Source: Chrysomallon squamiferum
Lineage: Eukaryota > Animalia > Mollusca
Reading direction: 5' to 3'
NCBI GenBank assembly: GCA_012295275.1
Contig: CM022665.1
Coordinates: 17,484,001-17,548,000, forward strand
DNA: 64,000 bases
Shown here: positions 27,191-39,624 of the stretch, piece after piece
Position numbering within the stretch: position 1 is the stretch's first letter
Layout of the letters: every line of letters starts with the position of its first letter
Program-made: the position numbers and the translations under genes
Notes under the pieces: model-generated
The model's database searches: none
The model's input: the letters and a program-made list of their open reading frames with translations, nothing else
Told to the model about the DNA's origin: nothing

Positions 27191-27723
27191 TTATTATTAT
27201 TAAGTGTGAATGTTTTCTTCTATTTTTATAATTTTTAAATTAAATTTGTGAGACTTTAGGTTTGTACTATGATTATTTTCAAAATTTTAAATTTAGAGTT
27301 GATGGTATTTAACAATACCATATTGACAATAATCAGATTAAGTATTGTTTTATTTTTTTTATGTGAAGAACATTGCAAGTAATTGATTTATACTGCAAAT
27401 GTATTTATTATTTCACCTTTTTGCACAGTTGTCAGATTTGACTTTCAGTCAACATTAAACGTAACAAAGATGAAATAGCAGAAAGGGGAGGATAGAATGG
27501 TTAGATAAAGTTTGATCACTTCTGAATTACAATTTTAAAAATAGATAAAGTTAATATCTTCAATCCATGAATATCCTAAATCAGCTTGAAATTGAATAGT
27601 GTGAGTAAATTTTAAAATGATTTTTCTCCTTTTTTCTGCTTCAGTGTGCATATAAATAATGAATGTTTTAATTATTAGTAGTAACAGTAGCAGTAGATGC
27701 TGCTGTTGTAAAACTATTAGTAG

Positions 27724-30700
27724 CGTAAGGGACCTAACTCTAATCTAGGTTAGTGAACACATATCACTAAAGGGAGATAAGTCTAATCGATATAATTTTT
27801 TCTTTGCTTAGTGAGTTCATCTTTGAATTTTTCTTTTGCACATATCACTAAAACGATACGAATTTTTCTTTGCTTATATATATATATATATATATATAGA
27901 TATATAGGCAGACACACACACAAAACACACACACACACACATACACAGAGAAAAACCTCTGGTACTGAATTTATATACAATTCTAAAAGAAACAAAATTC
28001 AATTCATTAGAAATTGCCTGAAAATTTAAAAACAAACAAACTTCAGTATATTAATAAAATACAAAAGAAATAATAAATTCTGATATTAAAAAACGATTCT
28101 ATCAAATGACACAATAAATCATTTGGTTTACTGATTTTTTTATTATAAGAACAATAAGCAAATTTGACAGGATAGAATAAATAAATAAGTAAACAATGAC
28201 AGAACCACTTTGAAATTTTAAAACGATCGAAACTCGGCGTATTTGGATTCCATTTATCGGATAATTATCGCATGTAAGCTTAGTGATTACATCTCACGTA
28301 AGGGACATAACTCTAATCTAGGTTAGTGAACACATATCACTAAAGGGAGATAAGTCTAATCGATATAATTTTTTCTTTGCTTAGTGAGTTCATCTCACGT
28401 AAGGGACCTAACTCTCATCTTTTTGTGAGCACATATCACTAAAACGATATAAGTATAATCGATATGAATTTTTCTTTGCTTAGTAAATATATATATATAT
28501 ATATATATATACAGGCAGACACACACACACAAACACACGCACACACACATACACAGAGAAAAACCTCTGGTACTGAATTTATATACAATTCTAAAAGAAA
28601 CAAAATTCAATTCATTAGAAATTGCCTGAAAATTTAAAAACAAACAAACTTCAGTATATTAATAAAATACAAAAGAAATAATAAATTCTGATATTAAAAA
28701 ACGATTCTATCAAATGACACAATAAATCATTTGGTTTACTGATTTTTTTATTATAAGAACAATAAGCAAATTTGACAGGATAGAATAAATAAATAAGTAA
28801 ACAATGACAGAACAACTTTGAAATTTTAAAACGATCGAAACTCGGCGTTTTTGGATTCCATTTATCGGATAATTATCGCATGTAAGCTTAGTGATTACAT
28901 CTCACGTAAGGGACATAACTCTAATCTAGGTTAGTGAACACATATCACTAAAGGGAGATAAGTCTAATCGATATAATTTTTTCTTTGCTTAGTGAGTTCA
29001 TCTCACGTAAGGGACCTAACTCTCATCTTTTTGTGAGCACATATCACTAAAACGATATAAGTATAATCGATATGAATTTTTCTTTGCTTAGTAAATATAT
29101 ATATATATATAGATATATAGGCAAACACACACACAAACACACACACACACACACATACACAGAGAAAAACCTCTGGTACTGAATTTATATACAATTCTAA
29201 AAGAAACAAAATTCAATTCATTAGAAATTGCCTGAAAATTTAAAAACAAACAAACTTCAGTATATTAATAAAATACAAAAGAAATAATAAATTCTGATAT
29301 TAAAAAACGATTCTATCAAATGATACATTAAATTATGTCCCTTTACTGATTTTTTTATTATAAGAACAGTAAGCAAAACTTATTTGACGATAATTAAACG
29401 ATAAATGGAATCCAAAAACGCCGAGTTTCGATCGTTTTAAAATTTCAAAGTGGTTCTGTCATTGTTTACTTATTTATTTATTCTATCCTGTCAACTTTGC
29501 TTATTGTTCTTATAATAAAAAAATCAGTAAATCAAATAATTTATTGTGTCATTTGATAGAATCGTTTTTTAATATCAGAATTTATTATTTCTTTTGTATT
29601 TTATTAATATACTGAAGTTTGTTTGTTTTTAAATTTTCAGGCAATTTCTAATGAATTGAATTTTGTTTCTTTTAGAATTGCATATGAATTCAGTACCAGA
29701 GGTTTTTCTCTGTGTATGGGTGTGTGTGTGTTTTTTGTGTGTGTGTCTGCCTGTATATCTATATATATATATATATATTTACTAAGCAAAGAAAAATTCA
29801 TATCGATTATACTTATATCGTTTTAGTGATATGTGCTCACAAACAGATGAGAGTTAGGTCCCTTACGTGAGATGAACTCACTAAGCAAAGAAAAAATTAT
29901 ATCGATTAGACTTATCTCCCTTTAGTGATATGTGTTCACTAACCTAGATTAGAGTTATGTCCCTTACGTGAGATGTAATCACTAAGCTTACATGCGATAA
30001 TTATCCGATAAATGGAATCCAAAAACGCCGAGTTTCGATCGTTTTAAAATTTCAAAGTGGTTCTGTCATTGTTTACTTATTTATTTATTCTATCCTGTCA
30101 ACTTTGCTTATTGTTCTTATAATAAAAAAATCAGTAAATCAAATAATTTATTGTGTCATTTGATAGAATCGTTTTTTAATATCAGAATTTATTATTTCTT
30201 TTGTATTTTATTAATATACTGAAGTTTGTTTGTTTTTAAATTTTCAGGCAATTTCTAATGAATTGAATTTTGTTTCTTTTAGAATTGTATATGAATTCAG
30301 TACCAGAGGTTTTTCTCTGTGTATGGGTGTGTGTGTGTGTGTTTGTGTGTGTGTGTCTGCCTGTATATCTATATATATATATATATTTACTAAGCAAAGA
30401 AAAATTCATATCGATTATACTTATATCGTTTTAGTGATATGTGCTCACAAAAAGATGAGAGTTAGGTCCCTTACGTGAGATGAACTCACTAAGCAAAGAA
30501 AAAATTATATCGATTAGACTTATCTCCCTTTAGTGATAAGTGTTCACTAAACTAGATTAGAGTTAGGTCCCTTACGTCAGATGTAATCACCAAGCCTATT
30601 AAAAATTTCTTCGATTAGACTTATCTCCCTTATGTGAGATGTGGTCACAAACATAGATTAGAGTTACGTCCCTTACGTGAGATGTAGTCACCAAGCAAAG

Positions 30701-31134
30701 AAAAAATTATATCGATTAGACTTATCTCCCTTTAGTGATATGTGTTCACTAACCTAGATTAGAGTTAGGTCCCTTACGTGAGATGTAATCACTAAGCTTA
30801 CATGCGATAATTATCCGATAAATGGAATCTCCAAAAACGCCGAGTTTCGATCGTTTTAAAATTTCAAAGTGGTTCTGTCATTGTTTACTTATTTATTTAT
30901 TCTATCCTGTCAACTTTGCTTATTGTTCTTATAATAAAAAAATCAGTAAATCAAATAATTTATTGTGTCATTTGATAGAATCGTTTTTTAATATCAGAAT
31001 TTATTATTTCTTTTGTATTTTATTAATATACTGAAGTTTGTTTGTTTTTTTTTCAGGCAATTTCTAATGAATTGAATTTTGTTTCTTTTAGAATTGTATA
31101 TAAATTCAGTACCAGAGGTTTTTCTCTGTGTATG

Positions 31135-31168
<34 letters not shown>

Positions 31169-32381
31169 CCTGCCTATATATATATATATATATATTTACT
31201 AAGCAAAGAAAAATTCATATCGATTATACTTATATCGTTTTAGTGATATGTGCTCACAAAAAGATGAGAGTTAGGTCCCTTACGTGAGATGAACTCACTA
31301 AGCAAAGAAAAAATTATATCGATTAGACTTATCTCCCTTTAGTGATATGTGTTCACTAACCTAGATTAGAGTTATGTCCCTTACGTGAGATGTAATCACT
31401 AAGCTTACATGCGATAATTATCCGATAAATGGAATCTCCAAAAACGCCGAGTTTCGATCGTTTTAAAATTTCAAAGTGGTTCTGTCATTGTTTACTTATT
31501 TATTTATTCTATCCTGTCAACTTTGCTTATTGTTCTTATAATAAAAAAATCAGTAAATCAAATAATTTATTGTGTCATTTGATAGAATCGTTTTTTAATA
31601 TCAGAATTTATTATTTCTTTTTGTATTTTATTAATATACTGAAGTTTGTTTGTTTTTAAATTTTCAGGCAATTTCTAATGAATTGAATTTTGTTTCTTTT
31701 AGAATTGTATATGAATTCAGTACCAGAGGTTTTTCTCTGTGTATGTGTGTGTGTGTGTGTTTTTGTGTGTGTGTCTGCCTGTATATCTATATATATATAT
31801 ATATATATTTACTAAGCAAAGAAAAATTCATATCGATTATACTTATATCGTTTTAGTGATATGTGCTCACAAAAAGATGAGAGTTAGGTCCCTTACGTGA
31901 GATGAACTCACTAAGCAAAGAAAAAATTACTCACTAAGCAAAGAAAAAAAAATATATCGATTAGACTTATCTCCCTTTAGTGATATGTGTTCACTAACCT
32001 AGATTAGAGTTATGTCCCTTACGTGAGATGTAATCACTAAGCTTACATGCGATAATTATCCGATAAATGGAATCTCCAAAAACGCCGAGTTTCGATCGTT
32101 TTAAAATTTCAAAGTGGTTCTGTCATTGTTTACTTATTTATTTATTCTATCCTGTCAACTTTGCTTATTGTTCTTATAATAAAAAAATCAGTAAACCAAA
32201 TAATTTATTGTGTCATTTGATAGAATCGTTTTTAATATCAGAATTTATTATTTCTTTTGTATTTTATTAATATACTGAAGTTTGTTTGTTTTTAAATTTT
32301 CAGGCAATTTCTAATGAATTGAATTTTGTTTCTTTTAGAATTGTATATGAATTCAGTACCAGAGGTTTTTCTCTGTGTATG

Positions 32382-32414
<33 letters not shown>

Positions 32415-35400
32415 CTGCCTGTATATCTATATATATATATATATTTACTAAGCAAAGAAAAATTCATATCGATTATACTTATATCGTTTTAGTGATATGT
32501 GCTCACAAAAAGATGAGAGTTAGGTCCCTTACGTGAGATGAACTCACTAAGCAAAGAAAAAATTATATCGATTAGACTTATCTCCCTTTAGTGATAAGTG
32601 TTCACTAACCTAGATTAGAGTTAGGTCCCTTACGTGAGATGTAATCACTAAGCCTATTAAAAATTTCTTCGATTAGACTTATCTCCCTTATGTGAGATGT
32701 GGTCACAAACATAGATTAGAGTTACGTCCCTTACGTGAGATGTAGTCACCAAGCAAAGAAAAAATTATATCGATTAGACTTATCTCCCTTTAGTGATATG
32801 TGTTCACTAACCTAGATTAGAGTTATGTCCCTTACGTGAGATGTAATCACTAAGCTTACATGCGATAATTATCCGATAAATGGAATCCAAAAACGCCGAG
32901 TTTCGATCGTTTTAAAATTTCAAAGTGGTTCTGTCATTGTTTACTTATTTATTTATTCTATCCTGTCAACTTTGCTTATTGTTCTTATAATAAAAAAATC
33001 AGTAAATCAAATAATTTATTGTGTCATTTGATAGAATCGTTTTTTAATATCAGAATTTATTATTTCTTTTGTATTTTATTAATATACTGAAGTTTGTTTG
33101 TTTTTAAATTTTCAGGCAATTTCTAATGAATTGAATTTTGTTTCTTTTAGAATTGTATATAAATTCAGTACCAGAGGTTTTTCTCTGTGTATGTGTGTGT
33201 GTGTGTGTTTGTGTGTGTGTGTCTGCCTGTATATCTATATATATATATATATATTTACTAAGCAAAGAAAAATTCATATCGATTATACTTATATCGTTTT
33301 AGTGATATGTGCTCACAAAAAGATGAGAGTTAGGTCCCTTACGTGAGATGAACTCACTAAGCAAAGAAAAAATTATATCGATTAGACTTATCTCCCTTTA
33401 GTGATATGTGTTCACTAACCTAGATTAGAGTTATGTCCCTTACGTGAGATGTAATCACTAAGCTTACATGCGATAATTATCCGATAAATGGAATCCAAAA
33501 ACGCCGAGTTTCGATCGTTTTAAAATTTCAAAGTGGTTCTGTCATTGTTTACTTATTTATTTATTCTATCCTGTCAACTTTGCTTATTGTTCTTATAATA
33601 AAAAAAAATCAGTAAATCAAATAATTTATTGTGTCATTTGATAGAATCGTTTTTAATATCAGAATTTATTATTTCTTTTTGTATTTTATTAATATACTGA
33701 AGTTTGTTTGTTTTTAAATTTTCAGGCAATTTCTAATGAATTGAATTTTGTTTCTTTTAGAATTGTATATGAATTCAGTACCAGAGGTTTTTCTCTGTGT
33801 ATGTGTGTGTGTGTGTGTTTGTGTGTGTGTGTCTGCCTGTATATATATATATATATATATATATTTACTAAGCAAAGAAAAATTCATATCGATTATACTT
33901 ATATCGTTTTAGTGATATGTGCTCACAAAAAGATGAGAGTTAGGTCCCTTACGTGAGATGAACTCACTAAGCAAAGAAAAAATTATATCGATTAGACTTA
34001 TCTCCCTTTAGTGATATGTGTTCACTAACCTAGATTAGAGTTATGTCCCTTACGTGAGATGTAATCACTAAGCTTACATGCGATAATTATCCGATAAATG
34101 GAATCCAAAAACGCCGAGTTTCGATCGTTTTAAAATTTCAAAGTGGTTCTGTCATTGTTTACTTATTTATTTATTCTATCCTGTCAACTTTGCTTATTGT
34201 TCTTATAATAAAAAAATCAGTAAATCAAATAATTTATTGTGTCATTTGATAGAATCGTTTTTTAATATCAGAATTTATTATTTCTTTTGTATTTTATTAA
34301 TATACTGAAGTTTGTTTGTTTTTAAATTTTCAGGCAATTTCTAATGAATTGAATTTTGTTTCTTTTAGAATTGTATATGCATTCAGTACCAGAGGTTTTT
34401 CTCTGTGTATGTGTGTGTGTGTGTGTGTGTATCTATATATATATATATATTTACTAAGCAAAATGAAAATTCATATCTTATATATATATATATATTTCAC
34501 TAAGCAAAGAAAAATTATATCGATTAGATTATCTCCCTTTATACTAATAACCGTTTTAGAGTTATCCCTACGTGAGATGTCACAAAAAAAAAATTCTTCG
34601 ATTAGACTTATCTCCCTTACGTGAGATGAAAACTCATTAGAAGTCCCTTACGTGAGATGTAATCAAAAAAGAAAAAAAATTATATCGATTAGACTTATCT
34701 CCCTTTAGTGATATGTGTTCACTAACCTAGATTAGAGTTATGTCCCTTACGTGAGATGTAATCACTAAGCTTACATGCGATAATTATCCGATAAATGGAA
34801 TCCAAAAACGCCGAGTTTCGATCGTTTTAAAATTTCAAAGTGGTTCTGTCATTGTTTACTTATTTGTTTATTCTATCCTGTCAAATTTGCTTACTGTTCT
34901 TATAATAAAAAAATCAGTAAATCAAATAATTTATTGTGTCATTTGATAGAATCGTTTTTTAATATCAGAATTTATTATTTCTTTTGTATTTTATTAATAT
35001 ACTGAAGTTTGTTTGTTTTTAAATTTTCAGGCAATTTCTAATGAATTGAATTTTGTTTCTTTTAGAATTGTATATGCATTCAGTACCAGAGGTTTTTCTC
35101 TGTGTATGTGTGTGTGTGTGTGTTTTGTGTGTGTGTGTTTGCCTGTATATCTATATATATATATATATTTTACTAAGCAAAGAAAAATTCATATCGATTA
35201 TACTTATATCGTTTTAGTGATATGTGCTCACAAAAAGATGAGAGTTAGGTCCCTTACGTGAGATGAACTCACTAAGCAAAGAAAAAATTATATCGATTAG
35301 ACTTATCTCCCTTTAGTGATATGTGTTCACTAACCTAGATTAGAGTTAGGTCCCTTACGTGAGATGTAATCACTAAAAAAATTTACATAGACTTATCTCC

Positions 35401-37175
35401 CTTATGTGAGATGTGTTCACAAACATAGATATAAAAATTATGCGAAATGGAATCCAAAAACGCCGAGTTTCGATCGTTTTAAAATTTCAAAGTGGTTCTG
35501 TCATTGTTTACTTATTTATTTATTCTATCCTGTCAACTTTGCTTATTGTTCTTATAATAAAAAAATCAGTAAATCAAATAATTTATTGTGTCATTTGATA
35601 GAATCGTTTTTTAATATCAGAATTTATTATTTCTTTTGTATTTTATTAATATACTGAAGTTTGTTTGTTTTTAAATTTTCAGGCAATTTCTAATGAATTG
35701 AATTTTGTTTCTTTTAGAATTGTATATGAATTCAGTACCAGAGGTTTTTCTCTGTGTATGTGTGTGTGTGTGTGTTTGTCTTTGTGTGTGTGTCTGCCTG
35801 TATATCTATATATATATATATATTTACTAAGCAAAGAAAAATTCATATCGATTATACTTATATCGTTTTAGTGATATGTGCTCACAAAAAGATGAGAGTT
35901 AGGTCCCTTACGTGAGATGAACTCACTAAGCAAAGAAAAAATTATATCGATTAGACTTATCTCCCTTTAGTGATAAGTGTTCACTAACCTAGATTAGAGT
36001 TAGGTCCCTTACGTGAGATGTAATCACTAAGCCTATTAAAAATTTCTTCGATTAGACTTATCTCCCTTATGTGAGATGTGTTCACAAACATAGATTAGAG
36101 TTATGTCCCTTACGTGAGATGTAGTCACTAAGCAAAGAAAAAATTATATCGATTAGACTTATCTCCCTTTAGTGATATGTGTTCACTAACCTAGATTAGA
36201 GTTAGGTCCCTTACGTGAGATGTAATCACTAAGCTTACATGCGATAATTATCCGATAAATGGAATCCAAAAACGCCGAGTTTCGATCGTTTTAAAATTTC
36301 AAAGTGGTTCTGTCATTGTTTACTTATTTATTTATTCTATCCTGTCAACTTTGCTTATTGTTCTTATAATAAAAAAATCAGTAAATCAAATAATTTATTG
36401 TGTCATTTGATAGAATCGTTTTTTAATATCAGAATTTATTATTTCTTTTGTATTTTATTAATATACTGAAGTTTGTTTGTTTTTAAATTTTCAGGCAATT
36501 TCTAATGAATTGAATTTTGTTTCTTTTAGAATTGTATATAAATTCAGTACCAGAGGTTTTTCTCTGTGTATGTGTGTGTGTGTGTGTGTTGTGTGTGTGT
36601 GTGTGTCTGCCTGTATATCTATATATATATATATTTACTAAGCAAAGAAAAATTCATATCGATTATACTTATATCGTTTTAGTGATATGTGCTCACAAAA
36701 AGATGAGAGTTAGGTCCCTTATGTGAGATGAACTCACTAAGCAAAGAAAAAATTATATCGATTAGACTTATCTCCCTTTAGTGATATGTGTTCACTAACC
36801 TAGATTAGAGTTATGTCCCTTACGTGAGATGTAATCACTAAGCTTACATGCGATAATTATCCGATAAATGGAATCCAAAAACGCCGAGTTTCGATCGTTT
36901 TAAAATTTCAAAGTGGTTCTGTCATTGTTTACTTATTTGATTATTCTATCCTGTCAACTTTGCTTATTGTTCTTATAATAAAAAAATCAGTAAATCAAAT
37001 AATTTATTGTGTCATTTGATAGAATCGTTTTTTAATATCAGAATTTATTATTTCTTTTTGTATTTTATTAATATACTGAAGTTTGTTTGTTTTTAAATTT
37101 TCAGGCAATTTCTAATGAATTGAATTTTGTTTCTTTTAGAATTGTATATAAATTCAGTACCAGAGGTTTTTCTCT

Positions 37176-37221
<46 letters not shown>

Positions 37222-38303
37222 CTATATATCTATATATATATATATATTAATATATTTACTTTACTAAGCAAAGAAAAATTCATATCGATTATACTTATAT
37301 CGTTTTAGTGATATGTGCTCACAAAAAAAAAAATTCTTCGATGAGAGTTAGGTCCCTTACGTGAGATGAACTCACTAAGCAAAGAAAAAATTATATCGAT
37401 TAGACTTATCTCCCTTTAGTGATATGTGTTCACTAACCTAGATTAGAGTTATGTCCCTTACGTGAGATGTAATCACTAAGCTTACATGCGATAATTATCC
37501 GATAAATGGAATCCAAAAACGCCGAGTTTCGATCGTTTTAAAATTTCAAAGTGGTTCTGTCATTGTTTACTTATTTATTTATTCTATCCTGTCAACTTTG
37601 CTTATTGTTCTTATAATAAAAAAATCAGTAAATCAAATAATTTATTGTGTCATTTGATAGAATCGTTTTTTAATATCAGAATTTATTATTTCTTTTGTAT
37701 TTTATTAATATACTGAAGTTTGTTTGTTTTTAAATTTTCAGGCAATTTCTAATGAATTGAATTTTGTTTCTTTTAGAATTGTATATGCATTCAGTACCAG
37801 AGGTTTTTCTCTGTGTATGTGTGTGTGTGTGTTTTTGTGTGTGTGTGTCTGCCTGTATATCTATATATATATATATATATTTTACTAAGCAAAGAAAAAT
37901 TCATATCGATTATACTTATATCGTTTTAGTGATATGTGCTCACAAAAAGATGAGAGTTAGGTCCCTTACGTGAGATGAACTCACTAAGCAAAGAAAAAAT
38001 TATATCGATTAGACTTATCTCCCTTTAGTGATATGTGTTCACTAACCTAGATTAGAGTTATGTCCCTTACGTGAGATGTAATCACTAAGCCTATTAAAAA
38101 TTTCTTCGATTAGACTTATCTCCCTGATGTGTGATGTGTTCACAAACATAGATTAGAGTTATGTCCCTTACGTGAGATGTAGTCACTAAGCTTACGTGCG
38201 ATAATTATCCGATAAATGGAATCCCAAAACGCCGACTTTCGATCGTTTTAAAATTTCAAAGTGGTTCTGTCATTGTTTACTTATTTATTTATTCTATCCT
38301 GTC
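27724..38303. repeat. Satellite array, ~16 units of ~610/~810 bp, with an internal inversion at ~29390
   Basis: Near-identical units recur (marker positions 29623, 30230, 31042, 31650, 32286, 33098, 33708, 34316, 35013, 35665, ~36478, 37087, ~37725); 27724-29390 is in reverse-complement orientation. Confidence 0.97.
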
Positions 38304-39540
38304 TTATTCTATTTTGAATATCATTATTAATATTATTATTGTTAGTAAAGGTAGTAGCAATAGTATAGATCACAGGTTTTTTAAACCTCTAAAATAATTT
38401 CAGCTTCACATAAATTTGGTAAATAAATCTCTGCTAGTTAAAAATCTGTCAGCAAATAATTCTTGAACTGTATGTGATAAATTCTTAATTTCACTTTTAT
38501 TTCCAGGACAATAATCATTTTTAAAAAGTATAAAATTTAAAAAATTTAAATTAAAAAAAGGCAGTGAAAGATACAACTATAACATTTTACTAGCACCAAA
38601 AATATTTTAAAATTTAAAATACTGTTATAATGCTGAACATTCTTATACATCTTGCCATTCTAGCAAGCAATGTATTTATATTTTTTAATCCATCACATTC
38701 AGTTTATTTGAAATTAAAACTGTAGGCAACAATTATATTTCCTTGTTTTATTTATATGACATAACAGCTGATTCTCAAGTTATACAGTATTATAACAGTT
38801 ACATTAATTACAAAATTTAATACTTTACATTTAGCAACAAAAGAATTCATATAATAACTAAAACAAATTAAAATCTAACACAGAAAATAAAAAATTTACT
38901 TATATGATTTTTTTCTTCACACTCCTTTACTCTTTAAGTATTTTTTACATTTTTATATTCTTAATTAGCTTGACCAGACAATTCTGTTAGGAGCATCTTA
39001 CAGTGTCTAGTGGTTCATAATTTGGATTAAAGAACCTATTTTAAATTTGTAAAACTTTGAATGATATTTAACTCTTCTCCTTACTGCTAATGTGTCTCTG
39101 TCAGGTATGTTGCAAATTAAAGTGAAACTTCAGAATTGTGCAAAAAGGTTTACTTAAGCAGGAAAATAATATTACATTTGCACATTTTCTGTCTAAAACA
39201 ATAAGGTGTGCACCTTTATTTTCTTTCATTTAAAAAAACAACAAAAAAACAAACAAATAAAAAAACCAAAAAAAAACCAACAAAACAACATCTTGTTTTG
39301 TTATTATGCTGGTTAAATAACCATATACTCTATACATACTGATGATACCGCTGGCAGAAATCAAAGCAGCAGCAGCATCAACAACAATAGTAAAGTTCTC
39401 AGAAATTTAATTTCAAAATTTAAATAATTTTTTTTTTTTTTTAAAACACAAAATAAAAATCTCATGAACATACAGAATACAACATTGTCCCTTGTAAGCC
39501 TATACTTGAAGATTGATTTATTTAAGTAATTGATTCTTAA

Positions 39541-39565
39541 TAATAAAATAATAATAATAATAATA

Positions 39566-39623
<58 letters not shown>
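39541..39623. repeat. (AAT)n(ATT)n self-complementary microsatellite
   Basis: AAT run abuts an ATT run; the D1 counterpart is at 23481-23558. Confidence 0.9.

Positions 39624-39624
<1 letters not shown>

Larger units (their letters stand above)
22069..27722 (+). repeat. Segmental duplication copy 1 (D1)
   Basis: Long colinear identity with 38317-44325, from aatatcattattaatatt..gatcacagg to agatgctgctgttgtaaaact..tagta. Confidence 0.95.

Noticed and set aside
27783-37973. Repeated ORFs MFLNFQAISNEL../MESPKTPSFDRF.. as a peptide gene family
   Set aside because: They are by-products of the satellite; frames shift with (GT)n/(TA)n length and most start at TTG.
27724-38303. CRISPR-like array (palindromic repeats with intervening sequence)
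   Set aside because: Intervening sequences are identical between units rather than unique spacers; no cas genes; eukaryotic context.
27724-38303. Foldback/Galileo-type transposon with tandem-repeat TIRs
   Set aside because: The outer ends fall at different points of the unit, are not inverted copies of each other, and show no TSD.
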